Assembly: GCA_040903745.1 (NCBI GenBank) | Contig: JBBDUV010000093.1 | Span: forward strand, 19,421-83,420 | Direction of reading: 5' to 3' | Origin: Bacteroidales bacterium | GTDB lineage: Bacteria > Bacteroidota > Bacteroidia > Bacteroidales > GCA-2748055 | DNA: 64,000 nt | Shown here: piece after piece, positions 9,105 through 17,919 of the stretch | Numbering within the stretch: position 1 is the stretch's first letter | How the letters are laid out: each line of letters begins with the position of its first letter | Position numbers and translations under genes: made by a program | Notes under the pieces: generated by a model | Seen by the model: only the letters and a program-made list of their open reading frames with translations | The model's database searches: none | What the model was told of the DNA's origin: nothing

Positions 9105-10199
9105 CTAATTGGTTTTTGGCGCCAGTTCAATCTCAAACAATTTCGGCCAGTATTTGCCGGTTACAAACAACCGCTCCTCCATCGGATCCCAGGCAATGCC
9201 GTTGAGCACGTTGGTACTGGGCCTACGATCCTTTACGGAGAGAATCCCCTTCATGTCGACCCTGCCCTCCTCCTTTCCTGTCTCCGGATCAATGATCACA
9301 ATCTCATCGGTGTAATACCTGTTTGCATAAATCTTCCCGTCAATAAATTCCAGCTCATTCAGATCCTTCACCGGTCCCTCGTTGTTGTACACCTCGATCT
9401 GCCGTTTTACTGTAAACATCGACGGATCAATGAAGTAGATAATATTCGTCCCATCGCTCATAATCAGCTCATCCTCCGAGTTGGTGAGTCCCCACCCCTC
9501 CTTGTTCTGGTAGTAAAACTTCTTAATCTCCTCGAAGTTGTTGAGGTCGTAAACAAAACAGACCTGCGACTTGTAAGTGAGCTGGTACAGATTCCCATCG
9601 AAAACAGCGATCCCTTCACCAAAAATATTTGAGGCGTTGTTTCTCGACTGTATCACCTCGCCATTGTTGAGGCGAACCTTACGCACCGAAGACTGGTTAT
9701 AGTTGCCGGTTCCCTCATAGATCCACCCATCATAAAAAAGCAGTCCCTGCGTATAGGCGCCGACATCGTGTGGATAGGAGTTCACCACCCTGTAGCTGTA
9801 CTGCACGGGTTCAATATCGGAGAGCAGTTCCAACTGAACGCTGTGCGTCTCGGAGCTGCCACCTTTAAGGTGGAGCCTGGCCCGAACACCAGCATTACCG
9901 GGATTCAATCCGGCCGTTGAAAGAGCAACCGTATCCTTTCCATCGTATACAACCTCCAGTCGCCCCCTTAAAAAGAGCTCCACCGAATCGATCTTCAACG
10001 TATCAGGTGCACTAATTCGTACAGGGATCTCCTGCCCCGCCACATAGCGATCCCCCGATACAGGCAGATGGAGGGTGGTAATTTTTTGTACCTGCTGGCG
10101 CTGCTTCCTGGTACGGCCCGATTCACGGCTTTTCTGGTTGCAACTGCCCGCTGAAAAAATGATGAGGATAAAGAGAAATGTAATGCTGTATAACTTCAT
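9105..10199 (-). CDS. Glutaminyl-peptide cyclotransferase (beta-propeller, plant/bacterial type) lipoprotein
   Basis: Lipobox FSAGSC, an N-terminal Ig-like segment, then QC-typical blocks YTQGLLFYDGWIYEGTG and LNELEFIDGKIYAN. Confidence 0.85.
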   Translation of the reverse strand: MKLYSITFLFILIIFSAGSCNQKSRESGRTRKQRQQVQKITTLHLPVSGDRYVAGQEIPVRISAPDTLKIDSVELFLRGRLEVVYDGKDTVALSTAGLNPGNAGVRARLHLKGGSSETHSVQLELLSDIEPVQYSYRVVNSYPHDVGAYTQGLLFYDGWIYEGTGNYNQSSVRKVRLNNGEVIQSRNNASNIFGEGIAVFDGNLYQLTYKSQVCFVYDLNNFEEIKKFYYQNKEGWGLTNSEDELIMSDGTNIIYFIDPSMFTVKRQIEVYNNEGPVKDLNELEFIDGKIYANRYYTDEIVIIDPETGKEEGRVDMKGILSVKDRRPSTNVLNGIAWDPMEERLFVTGKYWPKLFEIELAPKTN

Positions 10200-10211
10200 G
10201 GGGTGTGTGGA

Positions 10212-10628
10212 TTATCTTCCGAAAAGGCGACCGAGCAGTGTGCGTCTGCGCGGAAGGTTTTTAAGTTCGTTAGCTACAGTGGGATTGAGTTCGGGGTGAA
10301 TGATCTGCCAGATCTCACCCCACCCGGGAAGCCCGCAGATATTGCGGTCGTCGATGTAATAGTCGGCCTGGATCTTTCGGCTGACAGATTTCTCGTCGAA
10401 CTCCTCTTCGGGATAGTTCTTGTTCACCGCGTAGAACTCGATCCCGTTTTTCCGGCAGAATTCAACCGCTTCATCCAGCTCTTTTCCGTTCCGGTAGGTC
10501 CAAAGGATCAGCTGGTGCCGCTGCTCCTGGAGCTTTTTCATCGTTTCAAAAGCAAAAAGTAGGGGACGGCCGATCGCGGGATATTTGTGCTCTACGATCG
10601 TACCATCAAAGTCAACTGCGATCTTCAT
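10212..10628 (-). CDS. Small HAD-superfamily-like protein
   Basis: 138 aa with N-terminal HAD motif I (MKIAVDFDGTIV). The specific function cannot be inferred. Confidence 0.6.
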   Translation of the reverse strand: MKIAVDFDGTIVEHKYPAIGRPLLFAFETMKKLQEQRHQLILWTYRNGKELDEAVEFCRKNGIEFYAVNKNYPEEEFDEKSVSRKIQADYYIDDRNICGLPGWGEIWQIIHPELNPTVANELKNLPRRRTLLGRLFGR

Positions 10629-10798
10629 AATTGTCTGATTCTACGACCCAAAAATATCAAATTCCAACTAAAAGTGGGCATTTACACATAAAATATATTA
10701 CCGCTCACAGCAAACTGGCGTGTTGCACGGATCGGTATAAGCAGCACTGAGTCAAACGCAGAAAAATTTTTAAGAGGCAGGCGTGCCTTATGCATCGC

Positions 10799-11707
10799 CT
10801 AAAAGAGTTCATTTACCGATAAATATCTTTCTCCGGTATCGTAATTAAAAGTGAGTATACGTGATCCTTCCGGGATCTCTGGAAGCTTTTTCGACACGGC
10901 CGCGAGCGAGGCTCCGCTTGAAATTCCTCCGAAGATCCCCTCCTCTTTCACTGCCCGGCGTGTGAAGAGATAGGCCTCCTCTTTCTCTACTGCAACCGTG
11001 CCGTCGAGTAGTGAGGTATAGAGATTTTCGGGTATAAATCCAGGTCCGATGCCCATGATCGGATGGGGTGAAGGATCTTTTCCGGCGATCACCTGGGAAT
11101 CGAATGGCTCCACGGCAAAAACCTTCACTCCCGGCATCTGTTTTTTCAACACTTTAGAAACACCGGAGATATGTCCTCCGGTACCCACCCCGGTGATCAG
11201 GTAATCGATCCCTTCGGGAAAATCGTTCAGTATCTCCAGGGCAGTTGTTCGCTCGTGGACACCCGGATTGGCCGGGTTATCAAACTGTGAAGGGATCCAT
11301 GCGTGTTCGATCTCCTCTTTCAGCTCCAGCGTGCGGGCGATGGATCCTTTCATACCGACTGACCTGTCGGTAAGCTCAATCTCGGCACCGTATGCCCTCA
11401 GAATGCTGCGCCGCTCGACCGACATGGACTCGGGCATAACGAGGATCACACGGTACCCTTTCACGGCACCGACCATAGCGAGTCCGATCCCGGTATTTCC
11501 CGAGGTGGGCTCGATAATCACACTTCCCTTCTTAAGAATTCCCCTCTTCTCTGCATCTTCAATCATAGAAAGAGCGATCCGGTCCTTGATGCTGCCACCC
11601 GGATTATTGCGTTCGAGCTTCACCCATACCTCATGGTCGGGAAAGAGTTTGCTGAGCCTTACATGGGGAGAGTCTCCTATTGTTTCTAAAATGTTGTTGT
11701 ATTTCAT
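10799..11707 (-). CDS. cysK: Cysteine synthase A (O-acetylserine sulfhydrylase)
   Basis: 302 aa. PLP-lysine motif [21 protein letters not shown] and GTGGHISG. Confidence 0.93.
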   Translation of the reverse strand: MKYNNILETIGDSPHVRLSKLFPDHEVWVKLERNNPGGSIKDRIALSMIEDAEKRGILKKGSVIIEPTSGNTGIGLAMVGAVKGYRVILVMPESMSVERRSILRAYGAEIELTDRSVGMKGSIARTLELKEEIEHAWIPSQFDNPANPGVHERTTALEILNDFPEGIDYLITGVGTGGHISGVSKVLKKQMPGVKVFAVEPFDSQVIAGKDPSPHPIMGIGPGFIPENLYTSLLDGTVAVEKEEAYLFTRRAVKEEGIFGGISSGASLAAVSKKLPEIPEGSRILTFNYDTGERYLSVNELF

Positions 11708-11906
11708 AATTAATTGGTTCCTCTATTTGTATAAATACCTTTAAATATTTCTAGTTTACTGATTAACAGTTTTTTATAGTTCGCATAACTATGGAACATC
11801 CGAGAAAGCATCCTGATCAATTATCGTTAAACGCTTCTATTCATGCAACTGTTCAATAAGCATTCAACTGTTTTTTCAGTCCGCACGTGAACATGCAGAC
11901 TGTCAG

Positions 11907-12746
11907 CTATATCACATAATCCAACGGGGGTTTGAAATCCTTGCTGTCGCGCACAACGACGCGGTGCTGACGGTACACCACCGAATGGGGCAAAACGCTC
12001 TCGGTGATCCAGGTATTGCCACCAACGACGGTATCATGACCGATTACCGTATTGCCGCCGAGGATCGTGCTTCCGGCATAGATCACCACATTGTCCTCAA
12101 TGGTTGGATGACGTTTGGTACGCGCCATATCCTTCTCCACCGTGAGGGCTCCAAGCGTTACACCCTGGTAGATTTTTACATTCTTCCCGATCTCGGCTGT
12201 TTCGCCGATCACGATCCCAGTGCCGTGGTCGATAAAAAAAGGCGTGGCGATGGTGGCTCCCGGATGGATATCAATACCTGTTTGTCCGTGCACATATTCC
12301 ATCATCACCCTGGGCAGCAGCGGCACCTTCAGCCCGTAAAGAATATGGGCCATCCGGTACACCGAGATGCAGTAGAACCCCGGATAGGCCAGGATCACCT
12401 CCTCCACACAGCTTGAGGCAGGGTCGAACCGGGCAATGGAAACCGCATCCTCAATCATGGCCTCATAAGCTACTGGAAGCTCCTCCATAAACCGCGTCAC
12501 AATTTTTTCAGGTGTATCAGGAATGGTGTTCCTGATAGAGAAGAGCAGGTCCTTCAGCTCAAGCGAACAGCGCTCCAGCTCAAATTGAATTTCATTCTCA
12601 TCAATCTTACAATCAAGCTTGATGGGAAACAATATATGAATAATATTTTCAATAAACTGGTGGGTCTTCACCATGGAGGGTGCTTCCATGCAGAATCCCT
12701 GGTTCATTGCGCTCAGGTGTTTTGAAAATTCTTTAAGTTCACTCAT
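11907..12746 (-). CDS. cysE: Serine O-acetyltransferase
   Basis: 279 aa. SAT-type hexapeptide core DIHPGATIATPFFIDHGTGIVIGETAEIG. It lies next to cysK on the same strand. Confidence 0.85.
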   Translation of the reverse strand: MSELKEFSKHLSAMNQGFCMEAPSMVKTHQFIENIIHILFPIKLDCKIDENEIQFELERCSLELKDLLFSIRNTIPDTPEKIVTRFMEELPVAYEAMIEDAVSIARFDPASSCVEEVILAYPGFYCISVYRMAHILYGLKVPLLPRVMMEYVHGQTGIDIHPGATIATPFFIDHGTGIVIGETAEIGKNVKIYQGVTLGALTVEKDMARTKRHPTIEDNVVIYAGSTILGGNTVIGHDTVVGGNTWITESVLPHSVVYRQHRVVVRDSKDFKPPLDYVI

Positions 12747-12803
12747 TCAAATTTCTCTTTATTGAAGTAAAAATTCTCCTTATGCTAACACATAAAGGAG
12801 TCG

Positions 12804-13532
12804 TTATGTTAACAGGATCCTTACCAGCGACAGTAAAATATAGGTCAAAACTATCAGCGGCAGCCCTGCAATGCCTGCAAATACAAGGACCATGGCAGCA
12901 AACAACAGCAACAGGTACATGGAGAAATTGGCACGCACCCCGAAACTCTTGATTTTCAACGACAGCAGCGGCAGCGGAACCACCATCAGCACCGACATCA
13001 CGACCATCAACGCCCAGATAAACCAGCCCCCCACAGCCTGTCCAAAAAGCGATCCGCTGAAAATAACCTCATAATAGATCCCCGTCCAGAACAGTGCAAA
13101 GGCCGGTGCCGGAAGACCCAGGAAAAATTCCGAAGGTGGCATCAGGTTGAATCTCGCCAGCCGGAGCGCTGTCAGGGCCGGTACAATCAGCACCGAAAGT
13201 AGCATCGCCTTCTCAATAAACGCCATTTCGCCAAAACCTTTTCCCGGGTGACCGCTACTCAACTGCAGGAGCGTAAAAACCATCGCGGCAGGTACAAGCC
13301 CGAAGCTGACCAGGTCGGCCAGGGAGTCGAGCTGCCTGCCAATTTCCGAAGACGCCTTCAGCAACCTGGCTGCCAATCCGTCAGCAAAGTCAAAAACGAC
13401 AGCAGCAAAAAAGAACAGCATCGCCAGTTCCGGCTTATCCAATAAAACCAAGTACAGGGCTGCCGATCCTGAGACCAGGTTCAGCAGGGTAATCAGGTTA
13501 GGGATATTTTTTTTCATGAGGAGTATTCGCAT
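12804..13532 (-). CDS. pssA: CDP-diacylglycerol--serine O-phosphatidyltransferase (CDP-alcohol phosphatidyltransferase family)
   Basis: CDP-alcohol motif DFADGLAARLL...GRQLDSLADLV. The true start is probably MKKNIPNL at 13517, given the promoter motif at 13543-13550. Confidence 0.85.
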   Translation of the reverse strand: MRILLMKKNIPNLITLLNLVSGSAALYLVLLDKPELAMLFFFAAVVFDFADGLAARLLKASSEIGRQLDSLADLVSFGLVPAAMVFTLLQLSSGHPGKGFGEMAFIEKAMLLSVLIVPALTALRLARFNLMPPSEFFLGLPAPAFALFWTGIYYEVIFSGSLFGQAVGGWFIWALMVVMSVLMVVPLPLLSLKIKSFGVRANFSMYLLLLFAAMVLVFAGIAGLPLIVLTYILLSLVRILLT

Positions 13533-13542
13533 TGCTGAACGG

Positions 13543-13550
13543 CAAAGTTA
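13543..13550 (-). promoter_or_regulatory. Bacteroidota -7 promoter motif (TAACTTTG on the minus strand)
   Basis: Matches TAnnTTTG. It sits 11 nt upstream of the first ATG of pssA and 26 nt upstream of the second. Confidence 0.35.
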
Positions 13551-13732
13551 GTAAGTTTGCTTTTCTAATCCCTGCAATCACCGTGAAAATATATGGTGCC
13601 GGACCAAAAGCTCCTCTTTATTCTGTTTATTCCAACGATGAAATAATGACATCCGGGCAGTCGGAAACAGCATCTCAGAAGGGGTAAGGGGCATCATTAA
13701 ATTGCTACCTGAAAAATAACGGATGATTCCGG

Positions 13733-13864
13733 TTAAGTAGTATCAGCTCCCTCCTGCTCAGCGTAAACCTTCTCAAATCTTCTGAGGGCCCACCGCACCA
13801 TCTTGTAGCTGAACCAGATCATCACCGGCCACATCAGGTATCCTATAATTGATGATATGTACAT
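13733..13864 (-). CDS. Unannotated 43-aa single-TM peptide downstream of cydB (candidate CydX-like accessory subunit)
   Basis: My own translation: MYISSIIGYLMWPVMIWFSYKMVRWALRRFEKVYAEQEGADTT*. It has an ATG start, one hydrophobic helix and a charged tail. A weak hairpin plus T-run follows the stop. Confidence 0.35.
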   Translation of the reverse strand: MYISSIIGYLMWPVMIWFSYKMVRWALRRFEKVYAEQEGADTT

Positions 13865-13981
13865 TTGCTTTTGTTCTCTTAATTATTTTCAGTTCTTTTA
13901 AAGCTCCGGAGCCTCTTCCAATCTGCCTTGCAATCTGTTTCCGCATACAGCTAATCTGCAACCAACCGGCCCCTGAACCTT

Positions 13982-15118
13982 TCAATAAATATGGGTGTCA
14001 TCCCCGGCTGTTACCTCCTCCTCGGTAATCTTTTTGTTGTTGATCGCCCGCCAGGCCCAGGCGATGTATGCAAGCACAAAGGGCACCGCCAGGGAGACGT
14101 AGCTCATCACCGTCAGTGTAAACTCGCTCGAGGAGCTGTTCTGTATGGTCAGCGAACTCTGCAGATCGTAGGTCGACGGGTAGAACGCGGTGTTGTTAAA
14201 CCCTGCCAGAAAAAATAGGCAGAGCACCACCAGCACCGTCCCGGGACCCGATAGCCAGATGCCATTCGAGGTGGTTCGCAGCAACGACCACCCTATACCC
14301 CCCAGCACGAGCAGCACACCGACAAGGAACATCACAAACACCAACGGCATCTGTACCAGGTTGTGCCAATATTTAAAAGCCTCCATCGACACCACCCCCG
14401 ACTGCGGATCAACAGCAAAACCGTCCCTCAGCATCAACCAGATAGCAAAAGTGAGAAAGAAGACCACGAACGGAACGGCATTGATCAACAGCTGTCGCTT
14501 TGTCCGCGCGATAATCACCTCATGGTCAATCGTGTTTATAAAATAGAGGAGTCCGAGTAGCCTGGCCAGGAAAAAGACAGTAAAACCAAGCGATAGATTA
14601 AAAGGGTTCAGTGCCGCCTCCAGTCCGCGCGTACCGGTCTGCCAGTGTACGTTGTTCATCTCATTCAGTGAGAACTGTGATCCCGAGAAAAAAGTAGCCA
14701 CCGCCGTACCGATCAGCACCGTACCCACCAGTCCGTTGATAAACAGAAATGCATCATAACTCTTTTGCCCGAGGAAGTTGGAGACGCGGGAACGAAACTC
14801 GTAGGAGACCGCCTGGATAACAAAGGCGAAGAGGATAATCATCCAGACCCAGTAAGCACCACCGAAACTGGTGGCATAAAACAGGGGGAAGGAGGCAAAA
14901 AAGGCGCCCCCGAAGGTTACAAGCGTGGTGAAGGTGAATTCCCACTTCCGACCCAGGGTGTTAACGATGATGGTGCGTTCGTTTTTGGTCCTGCCAATCG
15001 TGTAGATGAAGGTTTGACCACCCTGAACGAACATCAGGAATACCAGCAGGGCCCCAAGAATTGAGACAATCACAAACCAGTATTGCTGCAAAGCCAGATA
15101 TGACAGATTTTCAAACAT
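13982..15118 (-). CDS. cydB: Cytochrome bd ubiquinol oxidase subunit II
   Basis: 378-aa polytopic membrane protein directly after cydA, with 1 nt between them. Typical CydB N-terminus LQQYWFVIVSILGALLVF. Confidence 0.93.
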   Translation of the reverse strand: MFENLSYLALQQYWFVIVSILGALLVFLMFVQGGQTFIYTIGRTKNERTIIVNTLGRKWEFTFTTLVTFGGAFFASFPLFYATSFGGAYWVWMIILFAFVIQAVSYEFRSRVSNFLGQKSYDAFLFINGLVGTVLIGTAVATFFSGSQFSLNEMNNVHWQTGTRGLEAALNPFNLSLGFTVFFLARLLGLLYFINTIDHEVIIARTKRQLLINAVPFVVFFLTFAIWLMLRDGFAVDPQSGVVSMEAFKYWHNLVQMPLVFVMFLVGVLLVLGGIGWSLLRTTSNGIWLSGPGTVLVVLCLFFLAGFNNTAFYPSTYDLQSSLTIQNSSSSEFTLTVMSYVSLAVPFVLAYIAWAWRAINNKKITEEEVTAGDDTHIY

Positions 15119-15119
15119 G

Positions 15120-16682
15120 TTATTTCTCCTCCGGACCTTTTTTAATTTGTGTAGTCAGTATTTTAATCTCTGCGATGAACAGTGCCGTGAACGTTGCCAG
15201 GAATATAAAGAAGGTGGTCTGTACCGCTCCCGGACTGATCCTGGTAACTGCCGAGAGTGTCGGCATCAATTCATATACTACCCAGGGTTGCCGGCCGACC
15301 TCCGCCACGATCCACCCCGCCTGGGATGCGATCCAGGGCAACGGCAGAGTCAAAAACGCCACCCAGAGCAGCCATTTTTTATCGCCCCAGCGGTTCTTCA
15401 TGCTCAACACCAGGGCGATGATCGACAGGATGAGGAAGTGTCCGCCAAGAATCACCATGAGATGAAATGCGTAGAAATTGAGTTTCACATTGGGTATCAA
15501 CTCCTGGATCGGACGTTCCTTGTAGTATCCGTAACCGAAGTACCTGTAATAGTTCTCCACCCACCCGGGGTCATCAAATTTCTCCTGCAACCGGGCCTCC
15601 TCTGCCTTATCGCCACGGTCCTTCGCCTTTTTCAGCTCTTTCAACGTGCCAATAGCGACACTGCCGCGTTCAATGCGTTCCACATAAGAGAGGATCCCCT
15701 GCTCTGAATTCCCGAAAAGCAGGTCATTGACCCCGGCCACAAAGCCACTGGGAGTGAGGAAGGCCATGTAGGAGAGTGCATTCGGTATCTCGATCTTAAA
15801 GATAAACTCCTGACGCGGATTGGGGACCAGCGTTGTGTCGGTTCGCATGGCACCGATCGCCACCAGGGGAGCGTGGGTCTGACCGTCGTAGAGCGCCTCC
15901 ATGGCAGCGAACTTCATCGGCTGCTTGCGTGCAATGATCCGCGCCGAGGTGTCGCCCGTAAAGATTGTTGCAACCGCCGATATAACGCCAAAAACAGCGG
16001 CCACCACTGTACTTCGCTTCGCAAAGAGAATGTGTCTTCCCCTGAGCAGAAACCAGGCGCTGATAGCGATCACGAATATGGCAGCCAGCAAAAAGCTGGA
16101 GGTGATCGTATGAAGGAACTTGTTCACCGCCGTTTCGGAGAAGATTACCTCCCAGAAGCTGGTCATCTCGTTCCTCGCAGTAAGCGGATTGAATCTCGTC
16201 CCCACCGGGTCCTGCATCCAGGCGTTGGCCACCAGTATCCATACTGCCGAGAGACTGGCGCCAAAGGCCACCAGCCATGTACTGAGCAGGTGAAAGCGCT
16301 TGCTCACTTTGTTCCATCCGAAAAACATCACGGCGATGAAGGTCGACTCCAGGAAAAAGGCCATGATACCCTCAATGGCCAGGGGTGCACCAAAGATATC
16401 GCCCACGAACCAGGAGTAGTTCGACCAGTTGGTACCGAACTCAAACTCCAGGATGATCCCTGTAGAAACACCAATGGCAAAGTTGATCCCAAAAAGCTTC
16501 ATCCAAAACTTCGTGATCCGCTTCCACTCCTCGTCACCCGTCCGCACGTAGATCGTCTCCATAAAAGCGATCATGAAGGAGAGCCCGAGCGTCAACGGAA
16601 CAAACAGCCAGTGAAACATGGCTGTCAGCGCAAACTGTCCGCGCGACCAGTCGATAAGGGAAGGGTCTATTGCATCAATCAT
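15120..16682 (-). CDS. cydA: Cytochrome bd ubiquinol oxidase subunit I
   Basis: 520 aa. FALTAMFHWLFVPLTLG (heme b558 His region) and the CydA signature GWIVAEVGRQPW. Confidence 0.95.
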   Translation of the reverse strand: MIDAIDPSLIDWSRGQFALTAMFHWLFVPLTLGLSFMIAFMETIYVRTGDEEWKRITKFWMKLFGINFAIGVSTGIILEFEFGTNWSNYSWFVGDIFGAPLAIEGIMAFFLESTFIAVMFFGWNKVSKRFHLLSTWLVAFGASLSAVWILVANAWMQDPVGTRFNPLTARNEMTSFWEVIFSETAVNKFLHTITSSFLLAAIFVIAISAWFLLRGRHILFAKRSTVVAAVFGVISAVATIFTGDTSARIIARKQPMKFAAMEALYDGQTHAPLVAIGAMRTDTTLVPNPRQEFIFKIEIPNALSYMAFLTPSGFVAGVNDLLFGNSEQGILSYVERIERGSVAIGTLKELKKAKDRGDKAEEARLQEKFDDPGWVENYYRYFGYGYYKERPIQELIPNVKLNFYAFHLMVILGGHFLILSIIALVLSMKNRWGDKKWLLWVAFLTLPLPWIASQAGWIVAEVGRQPWVVYELMPTLSAVTRISPGAVQTTFFIFLATFTALFIAEIKILTTQIKKGPEEK

Positions 16683-16890
16683 CGTATGTAGGGTTTGTTA
16701 ATTGTTCCAGCACATGCCCCGCCCGCTCCTCATCCGTCTCGAAGTTGCGGTTGAGCACATTGGGGAAGAAAAACAACTTCAGGATCACGAACATCACAAA
16801 GAGCTTGATAAGGATGATCGCCCAAAGCGACCGCCCCCAGGTCATTGATCTGAATCCATCGTAATAAAAGCTAAAGACCCTTTTAAGCAT
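16675..16890 (-). CDS. DUF4492 small membrane protein (conserved upstream partner of Bacteroidota cydAB)
   Basis: 71 aa with one TM (SLWAIILIKLFVMFVILKLFFF). It overlaps the cydA start by 8 nt. Confidence 0.8.
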   Translation of the reverse strand: MLKRVFSFYYDGFRSMTWGRSLWAIILIKLFVMFVILKLFFFPNVLNRNFETDEERAGHVLEQLTNPTYDD

Positions 16891-16926
16891 TCGATACTGG
16901 TTGTTAATGAAGCCGGTTGTCTAGAA

Positions 16927-16934
16927 CAAAAATA
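16927..16934 (-). promoter_or_regulatory. Bacteroidota -7 promoter motif for the DUF4492-cydAB operon
   Basis: The minus strand reads TATTTTTG (TAnnTTTG), 37 nt upstream of the ATG at 16890. Confidence 0.4.
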
Positions 16935-17135
16935 GCAAGACTGCTTTTAGTATGATTAAAAATAATATATTTGTTCGTTATTTTAACTGTTTCTAAATAC
17001 GCTGTTGTATTATTTTATTTAAACTGTTTTCGAACAAAAAAAGAGTTTTTTGTAATTTTAAACTTTTTCGATCTGATAGGTCATTTAATCAAATTTTGTT
17101 TATTAGTTAAGAACTTCCAACATTTATAAAACACC

Positions 17136-17909
17136 ATGCAAAGAATTACTATTTCACTTATCGGCTTGCTTTTAATTACATCAATGAATGGTCAGGACCT
17201 GGCACAGCAATCATTGGAAATAGGTGTTGAGGAAAAGCTCAATAATCAGATTCCCCTCGACCTGTTTTTATTTAACATTGAAGGCGACACAGTATATCTA
17301 CGTGACATCTACGACAAACCCACAATAATCAATTTCGTCTATTACCGTTGTCCGGGTATCTGTTCGCCACTCATGGACGGACTGGCGGAGGTGATTGATA
17401 AATCCGACCTGGTGATCGGTGAGGATTACCAGGCAATCACGATCAGCTTCGATCCAAGGGAGTCGTCCATGCTGGCTGAACGAAAACGCAACAACTACCA
17501 GAACCTGATGGAGAAGGCTGAACTGGCGAAAGAGGGATGGACCTTCTACACGGCCGACAGTGCCAATATCGCGCAACTTACTGATGCAACGGGATTCAGG
17601 TACAAACCGGTGGGCAATGACTTTATCCACTCAGCCACACTGATCGTCACTTCACCGCAGGGAAAGATTACCCGTTACATGAACGGTATCTATTTCCTTC
17701 CCTTTGATTTGAAGATGTCGATTCTCGATGCCAGTGAAGGAAAGACCGGTCCTACGATCAACAAGGTATTGCAATACTGCTATTCTTTCGATCCGGAGGG
17801 CCAACAGTATGTGTTCAACATCACAAAAGTAGCAGGAACGCTGATCCTCTTTATCGGGGTGATCATATTCCTGATACTGATTTTAGTTAAACGTAAAAAT
17901 TCAAAATAA
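17136..17909 (+). CDS. SCO1/SenC-family copper chaperone
   Basis: Thioredoxin-like fold with CPGICSP (CxxxC). It has an N-terminal signal peptide and a C-terminal TM anchor, and sits directly upstream of the cox genes. Confidence 0.85.
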   Translation: MQRITISLIGLLLITSMNGQDLAQQSLEIGVEEKLNNQIPLDLFLFNIEGDTVYLRDIYDKPTIINFVYYRCPGICSPLMDGLAEVIDKSDLVIGEDYQAITISFDPRESSMLAERKRNNYQNLMEKAELAKEGWTFYTADSANIAQLTDATGFRYKPVGNDFIHSATLIVTSPQGKITRYMNGIYFLPFDLKMSILDASEGKTGPTINKVLQYCYSFDPEGQQYVFNITKVAGTLILFIGVIIFLILILVKRKNSK

Positions 17910-17919
17910 CCGCAAAATT

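Noticed and set aside
10775-10788. A short hairpin (aggca-ggcg-tgcct) after cysK, as a possible terminator.
   Set aside because: The stem is only 5 bp, which is too weak to assert.
13773-13985. A 70-aa TTG-initiated ORF overlapping the cydB stop.
   Set aside because: Its sequence is basic and low in information, with no hydrophobic segment. The 43-aa ATG ORF with a TM helix in another frame is a better candidate for this region. Neither one is proven.
15873-16691. A 272-aa plus-strand ORF, plus similar antisense ORFs at 856-1308, 2036-2512, 5554-5967, 7521-8030, 11268-11744, 11964-12416, 15117-15707, 20445-21161 and 44387-45001.
   Set aside because: Each lies inside and opposite a gene with strong family signatures (cydA, MBOAT, gamma-CA, parB, lipid kinase, cysK, cysE, ctaC, malQ). 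None has motifs of its own.
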